A DNA stretch of 62,730 nt, counting the filler, from Babesia bigemina (taxonomy: Eukaryota): NCBI RefSeq assembly GCF_000981445.1. It is 10 parts of 10 records of this genome, joined end to end, with 100 filler letters (N's around TTAATTAATTAA, not from the genome) between each part and the next. Parts side by side here need not be neighbours in the genome. Positions count along the whole stretch, not along the records: positions 1 to 4,329 come from NW_012237123.1; positions 4,430 to 10,534 come from NW_012237124.1; positions 10,635 to 17,801 come from NW_012237125.1; 7 more parts are not named here. One strand, 5' to 3'. A model generated the notes under the pieces. It was not told where the DNA came from and did not search any database. It saw only the letters and a list, made by a program, of their open reading frames with translations. The position numbers were made by a program, and so were the translations under genes. Position 1 is the stretch's first letter. Each line of letters starts with the position of its first letter. This document shows, piece by piece, positions 1 through 10,636 of this stretch.

Positions 1-372
1 AAGGAGCGATGTGGAGTGGGTAAAGGGGCGATGTAGAGTGGGTTAAGGGGCGATGTGGAGTGGGTAAAGGGGCGATGTAGAGTGGGTTAAGGGGCGATGG
101 AGAGTGGATAAAGGGGCGATGTAGAGTGGGTAAAGGGGCGATGTAGAGTGGGTTAAGGAGCGATGTGGAGTGGGTTAAGGGGCGATGTAGAGTGGGTAAA
201 GGGGCGATGTAGAGTGGATTAGGGAGCGATGTGTAGTGGGTTAGGGAGCGATGAAGAGTGGATAAAGGGGCGATGTAGAGTGGATAAAGGGGCGATGTAG
301 AGTGGGTAAGGGGCGATGTAGAGTGGGTTAGGGGCGATGTAGAGTGGAGTAAGGGGCGATGTAGAGTGGGTA
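1..372. repeat. 22-bp satellite, G-rich strand (GATGTAGAGTGGGTTAAGGGGC variants)
   Basis: Tandem 21-22-bp units read directly. Confidence 0.95.
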
Positions 373-406
373 ATAATCACCCCTTTAGTCAGGTGGTTGG
401 TCACCA

Positions 407-525
407 CTGTCATCGCTGCCGTAACCATGTCATCGCTGCCGTGACCATTTCATCGCTGCCGTTACCATGTCATCGCTGCCTCAATCATGTCATCGCTGCC
501 GTGACCAGTCATCGCTGCCGTAACC
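407..525. repeat. 20-bp tandem repeat (CATGTCATCGCTGCCGTAAC)
   Basis: Tandem units seen directly. Confidence 0.9.
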
Positions 526-532
526 ACCAACT

Positions 533-802
533 TGCTCACCACTTTGGTCAGCACATTGGTCAGCACATTGGTCAACACTTTGGTCATCACGTTGGTCAGC
601 ACATTGGTCAGCGCATTGGTCAGCACATTGGTCAGCACATTGGTCAACACTTTGGTCATCACGTTGGTCACCACTTTGGTCACCACCTTGGTCACCACTT
701 TGGTCGTGGCATTGGTCACCACGTTGGTCATGGCATTGGTCAGGTGGTTGGTCAGCACATTGGTCAACACATTGGTCAGCACATTGGTCAATTGCTTGGT
801 CA
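533..802. repeat. 12-bp tandem repeat (TTGGTCAGCACA variants)
   Basis: Tandem units; produce spurious GQHI/LTNV ORFs. Confidence 0.9.
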
Positions 803-926
803 CTTCACCGCTCATGTGATTGATCATCAACGCTATCATTACTCTGTCTATAACATTAGATGTCAGTTGCCAGTTAGGTGATCGTGGAATTTGAATTGAC
901 GATGTTTTCGCTAACAATCGTGGAGA

Positions 927-1484
927 TCAGCTGTAAAACGCGATGCAGAAGGGTATCTTGCGGACGAGGAAATCGCGGATGTTGCGGCCCACCGGGAAGC
1001 GGAAGATGCACAGGTCGAGCAGGATGATGGCGACGATGATGGCAACGATGACGGCGGCGATGGTTTCGGAAGAAATGGAAAAGTGTTGAGAATTATCCTC
1101 ATGCTTAAGAGTTTCGGGAGGGGAAAGCTCCTTTTCACTGTCGGAATGAGACTGATCATCGGAGGAAGCAGAGGAAGCCTGTGGACCGGGGAGAGACTGG
1201 GAGGCGGCGACAGAGGAAATCTGACCACTTGCACGTTTCTGTTTACAACAAGTACAATCACACTTAGACTCATTGTCTTTACATTTCGTTGTACAATTGG
1301 AAGGTTCGCAATTGTAAGGCCTCGAGCCTGCTTTGCGCATCCAGACAAGTCCTAAACATACACCGCAACTGCCGAAATCTTTATTACACTCTTTACAACA
1401 CCACGGGCAACAATTGCAAACAGTAAACCTTTGACAATTATAACCGCAGTTGGTACACGGATCACCGGATCTGTACGTCGCCAT
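927..1484 (-). CDS. Small Cys-rich single-TM protein, type-A tail (185 aa), ves-associated family
   Basis: ATG in GGGAAGATG context; CNCCPWCCKEC-type Cys-rich domain; Ser/Pro linker; TM IAAVIVAIIVAIILLDLCIF; tail shared with paralogs in the window. Confidence 0.85.
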   Translation of the reverse strand: MATYRSGDPCTNCGYNCQRFTVCNCCPWCCKECNKDFGSCGVCLGLVWMRKAGSRPYNCEPSNCTTKCKDNESKCDCTCCKQKRASGQISSVAASQSLPGPQASSASSDDQSHSDSEKELSPPETLKHEDNSQHFSISSETIAAVIVAIIVAIILLDLCIFRFPVGRNIRDFLVRKIPFCIAFYS

Positions 1485-1487
1485 CTT

Positions 1488-2342
1488 CCCCTCCCAGTCC
1501 CCTCAACCTGCGAATATATCAATCACCTAGCAACGCACTCACCAACTGCAACACTACCACTGCCGCTCCCAGTACCCTCAGCCTGCAAACATATCAATCA
1601 CCTAACCAGCACTCACCAACTGCAACACGTACCACTGCCACTCCCAGTCCCCTCAACCTGCGAACATATCAATCACCTAGCAACGCACTCACCAACTGCA
1701 ACACTACCACTGCCGCTCCCAGTCCCCTCAACCTGCAAACGTATCAATCACCTAGCAACGCACTCACCAACTGCAACACTACCACTGCCGCGCCCAGTCC
1801 CCCCAACCTGCAAACATATCAATCACTCAAGCAGCACTCACCAACTGCAACTCGTACCACTGCCGCTCCCACTCCCCTCAACCTGCAGACATATCAATCA
1901 CTCAAGCAACGCACTCACCAACTGCAACACGTACACTGCCGCTCCCAGTACCCTCAACCTACTAACATATCAATCACCTAGCAACGCACTCACCAACTGC
2001 AACACGTACCACTGCCGCGCCCAGTCCCCTCAACCTGCAAACATATCAATCACCTAAGCAGCACTCACCAACTGCAACACGTACCACTGCAGCTCACAGC
2101 CCCCTCAGCCTGCGAACATATCAATCACTAAAGCAACGCACTCACCAACTGCAACACGTGCCACTGCCGCTCCCACTTGCAGCCCCCTCAACCTGCGAAC
2201 ATATCAATCACTCAAGCAGCACTCACCAACTACGACACGAACACTGTCCCTCCCACTTCCCTCAGCCTGCAGACATATCAATCACCTATGCAAACACTCA
2301 CCAACTACTAGACGTACCACTGCCGCTCCCAGTCCCCTCATC
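1488..2342 (-). repeat. ~75-bp tandem repeat upstream of the small gene, about 11 units, with intron-like GTGAGT...GCAG segments
   Basis: Unit starts at 1491, 1566 and 1641 give a period of 75. Confidence 0.9.
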
Positions 2343-2349
2343 AACACCT

Positions 2350-2830
2350 ACCCTCACCCCTGTGTTCCCCCAGCCCAGGCTACCGACACCCACGCTGCCC
2401 AGGATACCACAGCTTCCCTGACGCGACGCATGTGATTGGCACCAACAGCCACTTAAATTATTTATCATTCGCAACGCCATAAAAATTGCAGCGACCCGTG
2501 CGCTCAACTCCCACAGTGCAGCAGCACCGTTCTACGAGCCGCGGTATCGACGCCATGCTGGCGCAGCGGGTCGGCTAAGTGCCTAAATGTGATATTAACA
2601 ATCGCTACATCGCCGCCTATAAACGCTACTTAACCAGGCCGACGCGGATAACTCCACCCTGCCGGTGACTCGCAACACACGACTTGGGTCACCCGCCGCG
2701 GCCCTCACGACCGCCTACGTTAGCGACCAATCACCTAGCCTCACCTGACACTCACTCAATGGGCAACGCGGACACCTCTCACAGCCAACGCGTGACTCAA
2801 CGTGCTACAACAGCTACCAAATTACGGTTC
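2350..2830 (-). promoter_or_regulatory. Conserved ~480-bp non-repetitive element (putative promoter/regulatory block)
   Basis: 8 closely similar copies in the window, always between the 24-bp and 75-bp arrays; function is inferred. Confidence 0.5.
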
Positions 2831-2832
2831 AT

Positions 2833-3552
2833 CCGCCAGCTTACCACGTTGCCTGGTTGCTAGGTTAACACTTAGCATGGTTGCTTGCTTAGCACTTTGC
2901 CTGGGTGCTAGGTCAACACTTTGCCTCGCTGCTAGGTTAACACTTAGCATGGTTGCTTGCTCAGCACTTTGCCTGCGTGCTAGCTTAGCACTTAGCTTGG
3001 TTGCTAGCTTAGCACGTTGCCTGGGTGCTTGCTTATCACTTTGCCTGTGTGCTAGGTTAGCACTTTGTGTAGTTGCTAGGTTAGCACTTTACCTGGATAC
3101 TAGCTTAGCACTTTGCCTGGGTGCTAGCTTAGCACTTTGCCTGTGTGCTAGGTTAGCACTTAGCCTGGTTGCTAGGTTATCACTTTGCCTGGGTGCCAGC
3201 TTACCACTTAGCCTGGGTGCCAGCTTACCACTTTGCCTGGGTGCTTGCTTAGCACTTTGCCTGGGTGCTAGGTTAGCACTTTGCCTGGTTGCTAGCTTAG
3301 CACTTTGCCTGGGTGCTTGCTTAGCACTTTGCCTGGGTGCTAGGTTAGCACTTTGCCTGCTTGCTAGGTTAGCACTTTGCCTGGGTGCTAGGTTAACACT
3401 TAGCCTGCGTGCCAGCTCATCACTTTGCCTGGTTGCTACGTCAACACTTTGCCTGTGTGCTAGCTTAGCACTTTGCTTGGTTGCTAGCTTAACACGTTGC
3501 CTGGTTACCAGCTCACCACTTAGCCTGGTTGCTAGCTTACCACGTTGCATGG
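2833..3552. repeat. 24-bp tandem repeat (TGCTAGGTTAGCACTTTGCCTGGG variants)
   Basis: Tandem units; spurious LALCLGAR ORF. Confidence 0.93.
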
Positions 3553-3706
3553 TCGTTCAGTCATCACCTGATCTAGGTGCTATCTAGTTCACAGGTTGCC
3601 GCTAGAGTAATTCGAGACATTAGACTACGTTTGTCGGTTAGGTGAGTAGGTGATATGCTAAGTGAGTAGTTACGTGAGTTGATGTGAATTACAAGTGTGA
3701 CGATGA
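3553..3706 (-). other. Conserved ves1 3' flank (putative 3'UTR element)
   Basis: Near-identical ~150 bp follows every ves1 copy ending in ...KISYLQP. Confidence 0.6.
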
Positions 3707-4327
3707 TCACGGTTGTAGATACGATATCTTGGCAAGCCTTCCGACTTGCGCTGCAGCCAACAGCGATTGCGCTGTAATCCTGTGCGATGACGGTGATCTT
3801 AGGTGTGAGCGTATGTGGAGCACATCCAGCCTGCCAACCATTACGCAGATGAGGTAGAAGAGGGATAGTGACCAGAGCGCGACGTTAAGCCATATAAACG
3901 GCTGCCTGATGGTGAATATGAATTCGTCAATGGCTTTTATGAGTTGTATTAGGTGTGAGTTTTCGTTAAAAGCCTCTTGGAATACATTGCAGAAATCTCT
4001 GCACGTGCGTTTCTTATCTATGCTTTCATCTCCGTTGAGCTTGTCTTTAACCCCAAACGTGAACCCGTATTTTGCCAATGTCGGAAGCGTAGCATTGCAC
4101 TTTACAATGGATTTGCATTTGGCATCGTGATATCGTGGCGGTTTATTCTTGGTGGATGTAGTTCTACACTCCTTGACGCACGCTCGTTCGTGACAATTGG
4201 TGCCCCTGGAGCCGCATTTAGAATTGCACTCGTCATATAACTTTTTGAGCAGATCGTAGAAAGTTGTTGTCTGATAGACAATCCACGACAAATATTTATC
4301 GGCGTGTTTCGATGAGAACGTACCGTA
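3707..4327 (-). CDS. ves1: ves1-family variant erythrocyte surface antigen, 3' fragment (contig-truncated)
   Basis: KYLSWIVY...Cys-rich region...TM...RLDVLHIRSHLRSPSSHRITAQSLLAAAQVGRLAKISYLQP. Confidence 0.85.
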   Translation of the reverse strand, partial: YGTFSSKHADKYLSWIVYQTTTFYDLLKKLYDECNSKCGSRGTNCHERACVKECRTTSTKNKPPRYHDAKCKSIVKCNATLPTLAKYGFTFGVKDKLNGDESIDKKRTCRDFCNVFQEAFNENSHLIQLIKAIDEFIFTIRQPFIWLNVALWSLSLFYLICVMVGRLDVLHIRSHLRSPSSHRITAQSLLAAAQVGRLAKISYLQP

Positions 4328-4329
4328 TA

Positions 4330-4429
4330 NNNNNNNNNNNNNNNNNNNNNNNNNNNNNNNNNNNNNNNNNNNNTTAATTAATTAANNNNNNNNNNNNNNN
4401 NNNNNNNNNNNNNNNNNNNNNNNNNNNNN
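4330..4429. other. Artificial contig spacer N44-TTAATTAATTAA-N44 (also 10535-10634, 17802-17901, 26848-26947, 29444-29543, 36958-37057, 39353-39452, 45750-45849, 57789-57888)
   Basis: Identical 100-nt N block carrying a six-frame-stop linker. Confidence 0.98.
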
Positions 4430-4700
4430 TCCCCCCGCTCCACGCCCTCTCTCTGATTCCTCCGATGCTCAGGCTCACGCCGGCGGGCAAGAGCATGCAT
4501 GACCGTACCGAAGTCTCTCATTGATGAAGACGAATCTCATTCTGCCTCCACACCTTCCCCCCCATCCCTACTCCGTCATCGCCGCCGTCATCGTTGCCAT
4601 CATCCTGCTCGACCTGTGCATCTTCCGCTTCCCGGTGGGCCGCAACATCCGCGATTTCCTCGTACGCAAGATACCCTTCTGCATCGCGTTTTACAGCTAA
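4430..4700 (+). CDS. Small Cys-rich TM gene, 3' part, type-A tail; near-duplicate of 47866-48132 with indels at the contig edge
   Basis: Aligns to PPAPRPLSDSSDAQ...PFCIAFYS of the 47866-48405 gene. Confidence 0.7.
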
Positions 4701-4824
4701 TCTTGACAATTTGGTGGTGCAAATTTCTTAATCAAAATCCCACTGATCACCTAACTGGCAACTGACATCTAATGTTCTAGACAGAGTAATGATTGCGTTG
4801 ATGATCAATCACATGAGCAGTGAG

Positions 4825-4980
4825 GTGACCTACCACCTGACTTAGTAACTGACCAAGACACTGACCTAAGTGCTGACCAAGACACTGACCTAAGTGCTGA
4901 CCAAGGTGCTGACCAAAGTGTTGACCAAGGTGCTGACCAATGCCATGACCAAAGTGGTGACCAAGCACCTGACCAAGTTG
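4825..4980. repeat. 12-bp repeat (GTGCTGACCAAG variants)
   Basis: Tandem units. Confidence 0.85.
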
Positions 4981-5300
4981 ATGGTCACAGCAGCGATGAC
5001 ATGGTCACAGCAGCGATGACATGGTCACGGCAGCAATGACATGGTCACGGCAGCGATGTCTTGGTCACGGCAGCGATGACATGCTTACGGCAGCGATGTC
5101 TTGGTCACGGCAGCGATGACATGCTTACGGCAGCGATGACATGGTCACGGCAGCGATGACATGGTCACGGCAGCGATGACATGGTTACGGCAGCGATGAC
5201 ATGGTCACGGCAGCGATGACATGGTCACGGCAGCGATGACATGGTTACGGCAGCGATGACATGGTTACGGCAGCGATGACATGGTCACGGCAGCGATGAC
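4981..5300. repeat. 20-bp repeat (ATGGTCACGGCAGCGATGAC)
   Basis: About 16 tandem units. Confidence 0.95.
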
Positions 5301-5345
5301 AGTGGTGACAAAAGTGGTGACAGTGGTGACCAAAGTGGTGATTAT

Positions 5346-8086
5346 TATCCACTCTACATCGCCCTTTTATCCACTCTACATCGCTCCTTTACCCACTCTA
5401 CATCGCTCCTTTACCCACTCTACATCGCCCCTTTGTCCACTCCACATCGCTCCTTATCCACTCTACATCGCCCCTTTACCCACTCTACATCGCTCCTTTA
5501 TCCACTCTTCATCGCTCCTTAACCCACTCTACATCGCTCCCTAACCCACTCTACATCGCCCCTTAACCCACTCTACATCGCCCCTTTATCCACTCTACAT
5601 CGCCCCTTTACCCACTCTTCATCGCCCCTTAACCCACTCTACATCGCCCTTTTACCCACTCTACATCGCCCCTTAACCCACTCCACATCGCCCCTTTATC
5701 CACTCCACATCGCTCCCTAACCCACTCTACATCGCTCCCTAACCCACCCTACATCGCTCCTAACCCACTCTACATCGCCCCTTTATCCACTCTACATCGC
5801 TCCCTAACCCTCTCTACATCGCTCCCTTACCCACTCTACATCGCTCCCTAACGCTCCTCTATCCACTCTACATCGCTCCCTAATTCACTCTACATCGCCC
5901 CTTTATCCACTCTACATCGCTCCCTAATCCACTCTACATCGCCCCTTTACCCACTCTACATCGCCCCTTAATCCACTCTACATCGCTCCCTTATCCACTC
6001 CACATCGCCCCTTAACCCACCCTACATCGCTCCTTAACCACTCTACATCGCCCCTTTACCCACTCTACATCGCTCCTTAACCACTCTACATCGCCCCTTT
6101 ACCCACTCTACATCGCTCCCTAACCCACTCTTCATCGCTCCTTAACCCACTCTACATCGCCCCTTAACCCACTCTACATCGCCCCTTAACCCACTCTACA
6201 TCGCTCCCTAACCCACTCCACATCGCCCCTTAACCCACTCTACATCGCTCCTTTATCCACCCTACATCGCCCCTTAACCCACTCTACATCGCCCCTTAAC
6301 CCACTCAACATCGCCCCTTATCCACTCTACATCGCTCCTTAAACCACTCCACATCGCCCCTTAACCCACTCCACATCGCCCCTTAACCCACTCTACATCG
6401 CCCCTTTATCCACTCCACATCGCCCCTTAACCCACTCCACATCGCTCCCTAACCCACTCTACATCGCTCCCTAACCCACTCTACATCGCTCCTTAACCCA
6501 CTCTACATCGCCCCTTAACCCACTCTACATCGCCCCTTAACCCACTCTACATCGCTCCCTTATCCACTCCACATCGCCCCTTTATCCACTCTACATCGCT
6601 CCTTAACCCACTCCACATCGCCCCTTAACCCACTCTACATCGCTCCCTTATCCACTCCACATCGCCCCTTTGTCCACTCCTCATCGCTCCCTAATCCACT
6701 CCACATCGCCCCTTAACCCACTCTACATCGCCCCTTAACCCACTCTACATCGCCCCTTAACCCACTCTACATCGCTCCCTAATCCACTCTGCATCGCTCC
6801 CTAACCCACCTTACATCGCTCCCTAACCCACCTTACATCGCCCCTTTATCCACTCTACATCGCCCCTTTATCCACTCTACATCGCCCCTTTATCCACTCT
6901 ACATCGCTCCCTAACCCACTCCACATCGCCCCTTAACCACTCTACATCGCTCCCTAATCCACTCTACATCGCTCCCTTATCCACTCTACATCGCCCCTTT
7001 ATCCACTCTACATCGCTCCCTAACCCACTCTACATCGCCCCTTAACCACTCTACATCGCTCCCTAATCCACTCTACATCGCCCCTTTATCCACCTTACAT
7101 CGCCCCTTTATCCACTCCACATCGCCCCTTAACCCACTCTACATCGCCCCTTTATCCACTCTACATCGCCCCTTTACCCACTCTACATCGCCCCTTTACC
7201 CACTCTACATCGCCCCTTTACCCACTCTACATCGCCCCTTAACCCACTCCACATCGCCCCTTTACCCACTCCACATCGCCCCTTTATCCACTCTACATCG
7301 CCCCTTATCCACTCTACATCGCTGCCTAATCCACTCCACATCGCTCCCTTATCCACTCTACATCGCCCCTTTACCCACTCTACATCGCCCCTTTATCCAC
7401 TCTACATCGCCCCTTTATCCACTCTACATCGCCCCTTTATCCACTCTACATCGCTCCCTAACCCACTCCACATCGCTCCTTTACCCACTCTACATCGCTC
7501 CCTAATCCACTCTACATCGCTCCCTAACCCACTCCACATCGCTCCCTAACCCACTCCTCATCGCCCCTTAACCCACTCCACATCGCCCCTAACCCACTCC
7601 ACATCGCCCCTAACCCACTCCACATCGCCCCTAACCCACTCCACATCGCCCCTTTATCCACTCTACATCGCCCCTTATCCACTCCACATCGCTCCCTAAT
7701 CCACTCCACATCGCTCCCTAACCCACTCCACATCGCCCCTTTACCCACTCTACATCGCCCCTTTACCCACTCTTTATCTCCCCTTTACCCACTCTACATC
7801 GCTCCTTTAGCCACTCTACATCGCCCCTTTATCCACTCTACATCGCTCCCTAACCCACTCTACATCGCCCCTTAACGCACTCTACATCGCTCCCTAACCC
7901 ACTCTACATCGCCCCTTTATCCACTCCACATCGCTCCCTAACCCACTCTACATCGCCCCTTTATCCACTCTACATCGCCCCTTTATCCACTCTACATCGC
8001 CCCTTTATCCACTCTACATCGCCCCTTACCCACTCTACATCGCTCCCTAACCCACTCTACATCGCTCCCTAATCCACTCTACATCC
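5346..8086. repeat. 22-bp satellite, C-rich strand (CCACTCTACATCGCCCCTTAAC), ~2.7 kb
   Basis: Continuous tandem units ending at the ves1 leader. Confidence 0.97.
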
Positions 8087-8275
8087 CTTGAATCACCTCG
8101 CCATAATACCCCTATGACCTTTATAAACCATCACAATAACTTGTGCCTTGTCACCCTTCTCTTCCCCTCTTCCACCTCTTGCCACTGCCATGTCCCATCA
8201 TATTCACCCTAAGTCCAAATTCCTCGAATTACTTCGTCTTATTAACGCTATGACCTCCATAAACCTTTATAATAA

Positions 8276-10534
8276 CTTGTTGATACTGACCATTCTCTTA
8301 CTGACGATGCTACTAAAAAAGCCTTGCAGGACATTGACTCCAAGATTGTCCAGCTTGGTCACCTTGCTGGTCAACTTGGCGCTTTTGTTGGTGAGGGTGA
8401 CAGTGTTAAGAAAGCCGTTGAGAATGCTATTATCGCCCAAATTAACAGTAATGAAGAGCTTATAAAGCTTTACTCTTCTCTTGTTACTAACCTTTCTGTG
8501 TCTGTCAACCCTGCTGGCCAGACTGATGACACCGCTGTAATTGGTCCACTTCAAGTTGAAGTGTCTAAAAAAATTGCTGAAATTACTGACCAAATTACGC
8601 AACTTGAACAGCAAAATAAGCTTAATAATCACTCTCTTCCTTCCCCCTCTCCCTCTGCTGAGCTAGCCAAATTGCATTCCAAGTTGGAGGCTTTGAAGGA
8701 AGTGGAGAAGCTTTGTGGATTTTTGACTAATTCTAATAAGCAGCAAAATAACCCTACTAATAATATTTTAACGCATTTATGTGACGGCCTCGAAACTTTC
8801 CTCGGCTTCTCCTCTGACTCCAAAGGCTACACTGGCTCTGGGATTGTCTACTCCGACCTGGACAGGCTGTGTGACGGGGTGATGGGATTTTTGAATGGTG
8901 TGCTCAGTAACATCCACAAGCATTTAGGGCAGCATAAAAGTACTTTAGATAGTGCAATTAACATCCTTAACACCAATAAACAGCTTGGTAAAAACGGTTT
9001 TAATGCTGCGATTGGAGAGGTGGTCGCAGGGGTGCGGGGGTATAATGATGCTGTCATGAAGTCTAATAAAAAGGTGAGTGATGTATTAACAAAAATGCAG
9101 AAAGATGCAGATAAATATTCAGCAGAAAGATTAGAAAAATTGTTGCCTCCACGAAATGCGGATGACCCCGTGAAAATTGGTAATCTCATCGAAGCCGCCA
9201 ATGAGACAGTGGCAGAATGTCTAAAAAAAGCCGACGAATTTAATACAGCTTTAGATATGAAAAATAATGCGGAGGAACTAAGAAACGCAATGAAAGACTT
9301 AAATCCTAATTTGATAACTAAAATAGAGAATGTGCGTGAAAATATTAAGCATGAGAGTAAACGATTGAACAAGTTGGCAGAACATGAAAAGAATGATTTA
9401 CACAGTATGGAAGCAGAAATTAAAACAAAGCTTCACGACGTTAAATGTAAGGTAAATGAGCATATTAAAAAAAAAGTGAAAGATCTTGTCGAGAGGCTGA
9501 AAGATAGGGTTCGTGAAATGCAGACTAAACTGGTGGACATAAATGTCGACTTAACTAAGCATCTCGAGAAGTTAGAGAAGTGGATGAAAGATGTTAAAAA
9601 GTTCATAGATGAACACCCGCGGGTTAATGCGCAGAAAATATTGGAGGAAATCAAGTGGGACAACGGCGGTGACACCAATGTCAAACGCAACAAAATTGAC
9701 AACGCTGCAAGAGAGTTGAGGATGAAAGCGGAGGAGCTTTTTAGAGCTGGAGAGGCGGCAAAAAAAACTGTTCAGGAGAAAGTTAGCTTGGCGCTTACGC
9801 AGGTGATAACGATGAATGATGCGCTTAAGCAAGATTTGTGGAAGGTTAAAGCTAACATAAAAAAAGCAGTTGTGGCATTAGGTAAGACGTTGGAAACAAA
9901 TGTGAAACAGGATTTGACGACGTTGAAGGGAAAGATTAAAAGTGGCTTGCATCCCATTGTAGGTGGTGTAGAAACGTTTTCTAAACAATTTGCTGCCACT
10001 AAGCAAGCTATCGATGGAGCAATTCAGGCACTTCATGGTGACGTTGGAAGACTTAAAGAGCTGGAAAATGTTGGCACAGCCGACATGAAATTTATTCACG
10101 CATTTAGGGGTAACAACGATCCTTTTCAAAAGCTCAAAGTATATTTCAAGATACTGGACGAAGAAGTCATGTCGAAACTTCAGACGGGTATTACGAAGAT
10201 AGGTGAACAGATGTTAGAAAGACTTGCATCGTATGCAGGCGGGAATAACCTACAAGATGAACTTAGAAAATCACCGATTAAGGATGGAATCGCTGAGGCG
10301 CTCAAATCACTATCCACTGTTAACACACTCGATAAGCTACCCGATCTTACTGAGGTAAAAACACTACTGGGGAACATCTTATTCGACGATTTTAAAAAGG
10401 AGTCAAACGGGCGTTTTCTCAAATAGATACTCTTAGCGCTACCGCCGCGGAACAATTCACAAAACAAGATGTAAAATCTTTATTCCCTGCCTTAGGTGCA
10501 ATTGCTAAAGCTGTAGCCTCTCACTCTGACAAGG
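8276..10534 (+). CDS. ves1: ves1-family gene, 5' part; frame opens after TAATAA, first in-frame ATG 8882 (MGFL); frameshift near 10400; contig-truncated
   Basis: LGHLAGQLG and LCDGLETFLGF...GIVYSDLDRLCDGVMGFL motifs, long coiled-coil-like region; homology continues in the -1 frame after about 10410. Confidence 0.8.
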
Positions 10535-10636
10535 NNNNNNNNNNNNNNNNNNNNNNNNNNNNNNNNNNNNNNNNNNNNTTAATTAATTAANNNNNNNNNN
10601 NNNNNNNNNNNNNNNNNNNNNNNNNNNNNNNNNNAA

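Noticed and set aside
366..917. GQHI/LTNV/STLV ORFs (also 13869-14319, 44826-45277, 55264-56119)
   Set aside because: By-products of the 12-bp repeat, open in several frames on both strands.
2802..3587. Leu/Cys-rich 'LALCLGAR' ORFs (also 37782, 49166, 58505) and ORFs in the 75-bp repeat (1431-2057 and others)
   Set aside because: Repeat periods are multiples of 3, starts are non-ATG, and length and frame are not conserved between copies.
4374..4385. TTAATTAATTAA as a biological palindrome or target site
   Set aside because: It is an assembly linker centred in identical N blocks.
4981..5300. CRISPR-like appearance of the 20-bp and 75-bp arrays
   Set aside because: No unique spacers, no cas genes, and a eukaryotic context.
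5346..8086. True telomere
   Set aside because: The unit is 22 bp with only embedded telomere-like hexamers, and it is flanked by genes on both sides.
8250..8330. Signal-peptide-like uORF MTSINLYNNLLILTILLLTMLLKK followed by an A_AAA_AAG slippery site in the correct phase for a -1 frameshift into ves1 (also 28062-28135)
   Set aside because: The third copy (26309 downward) has A_AGA_AAG, a change that is synonymous only in the ves frame. The hydrophobicity is explained by T-ending codons read in the +1 frame.
10390..10534. Premature stop at 10426 as true pseudogenisation
   Set aside because: Homology continues in the -1 frame, next to homopolymers and about 130 bp from the contig end, so it is likely a sequencing error. 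The same applies to the indels at 4495-4565 and the stop at 45864. Raw reads are needed to confirm.
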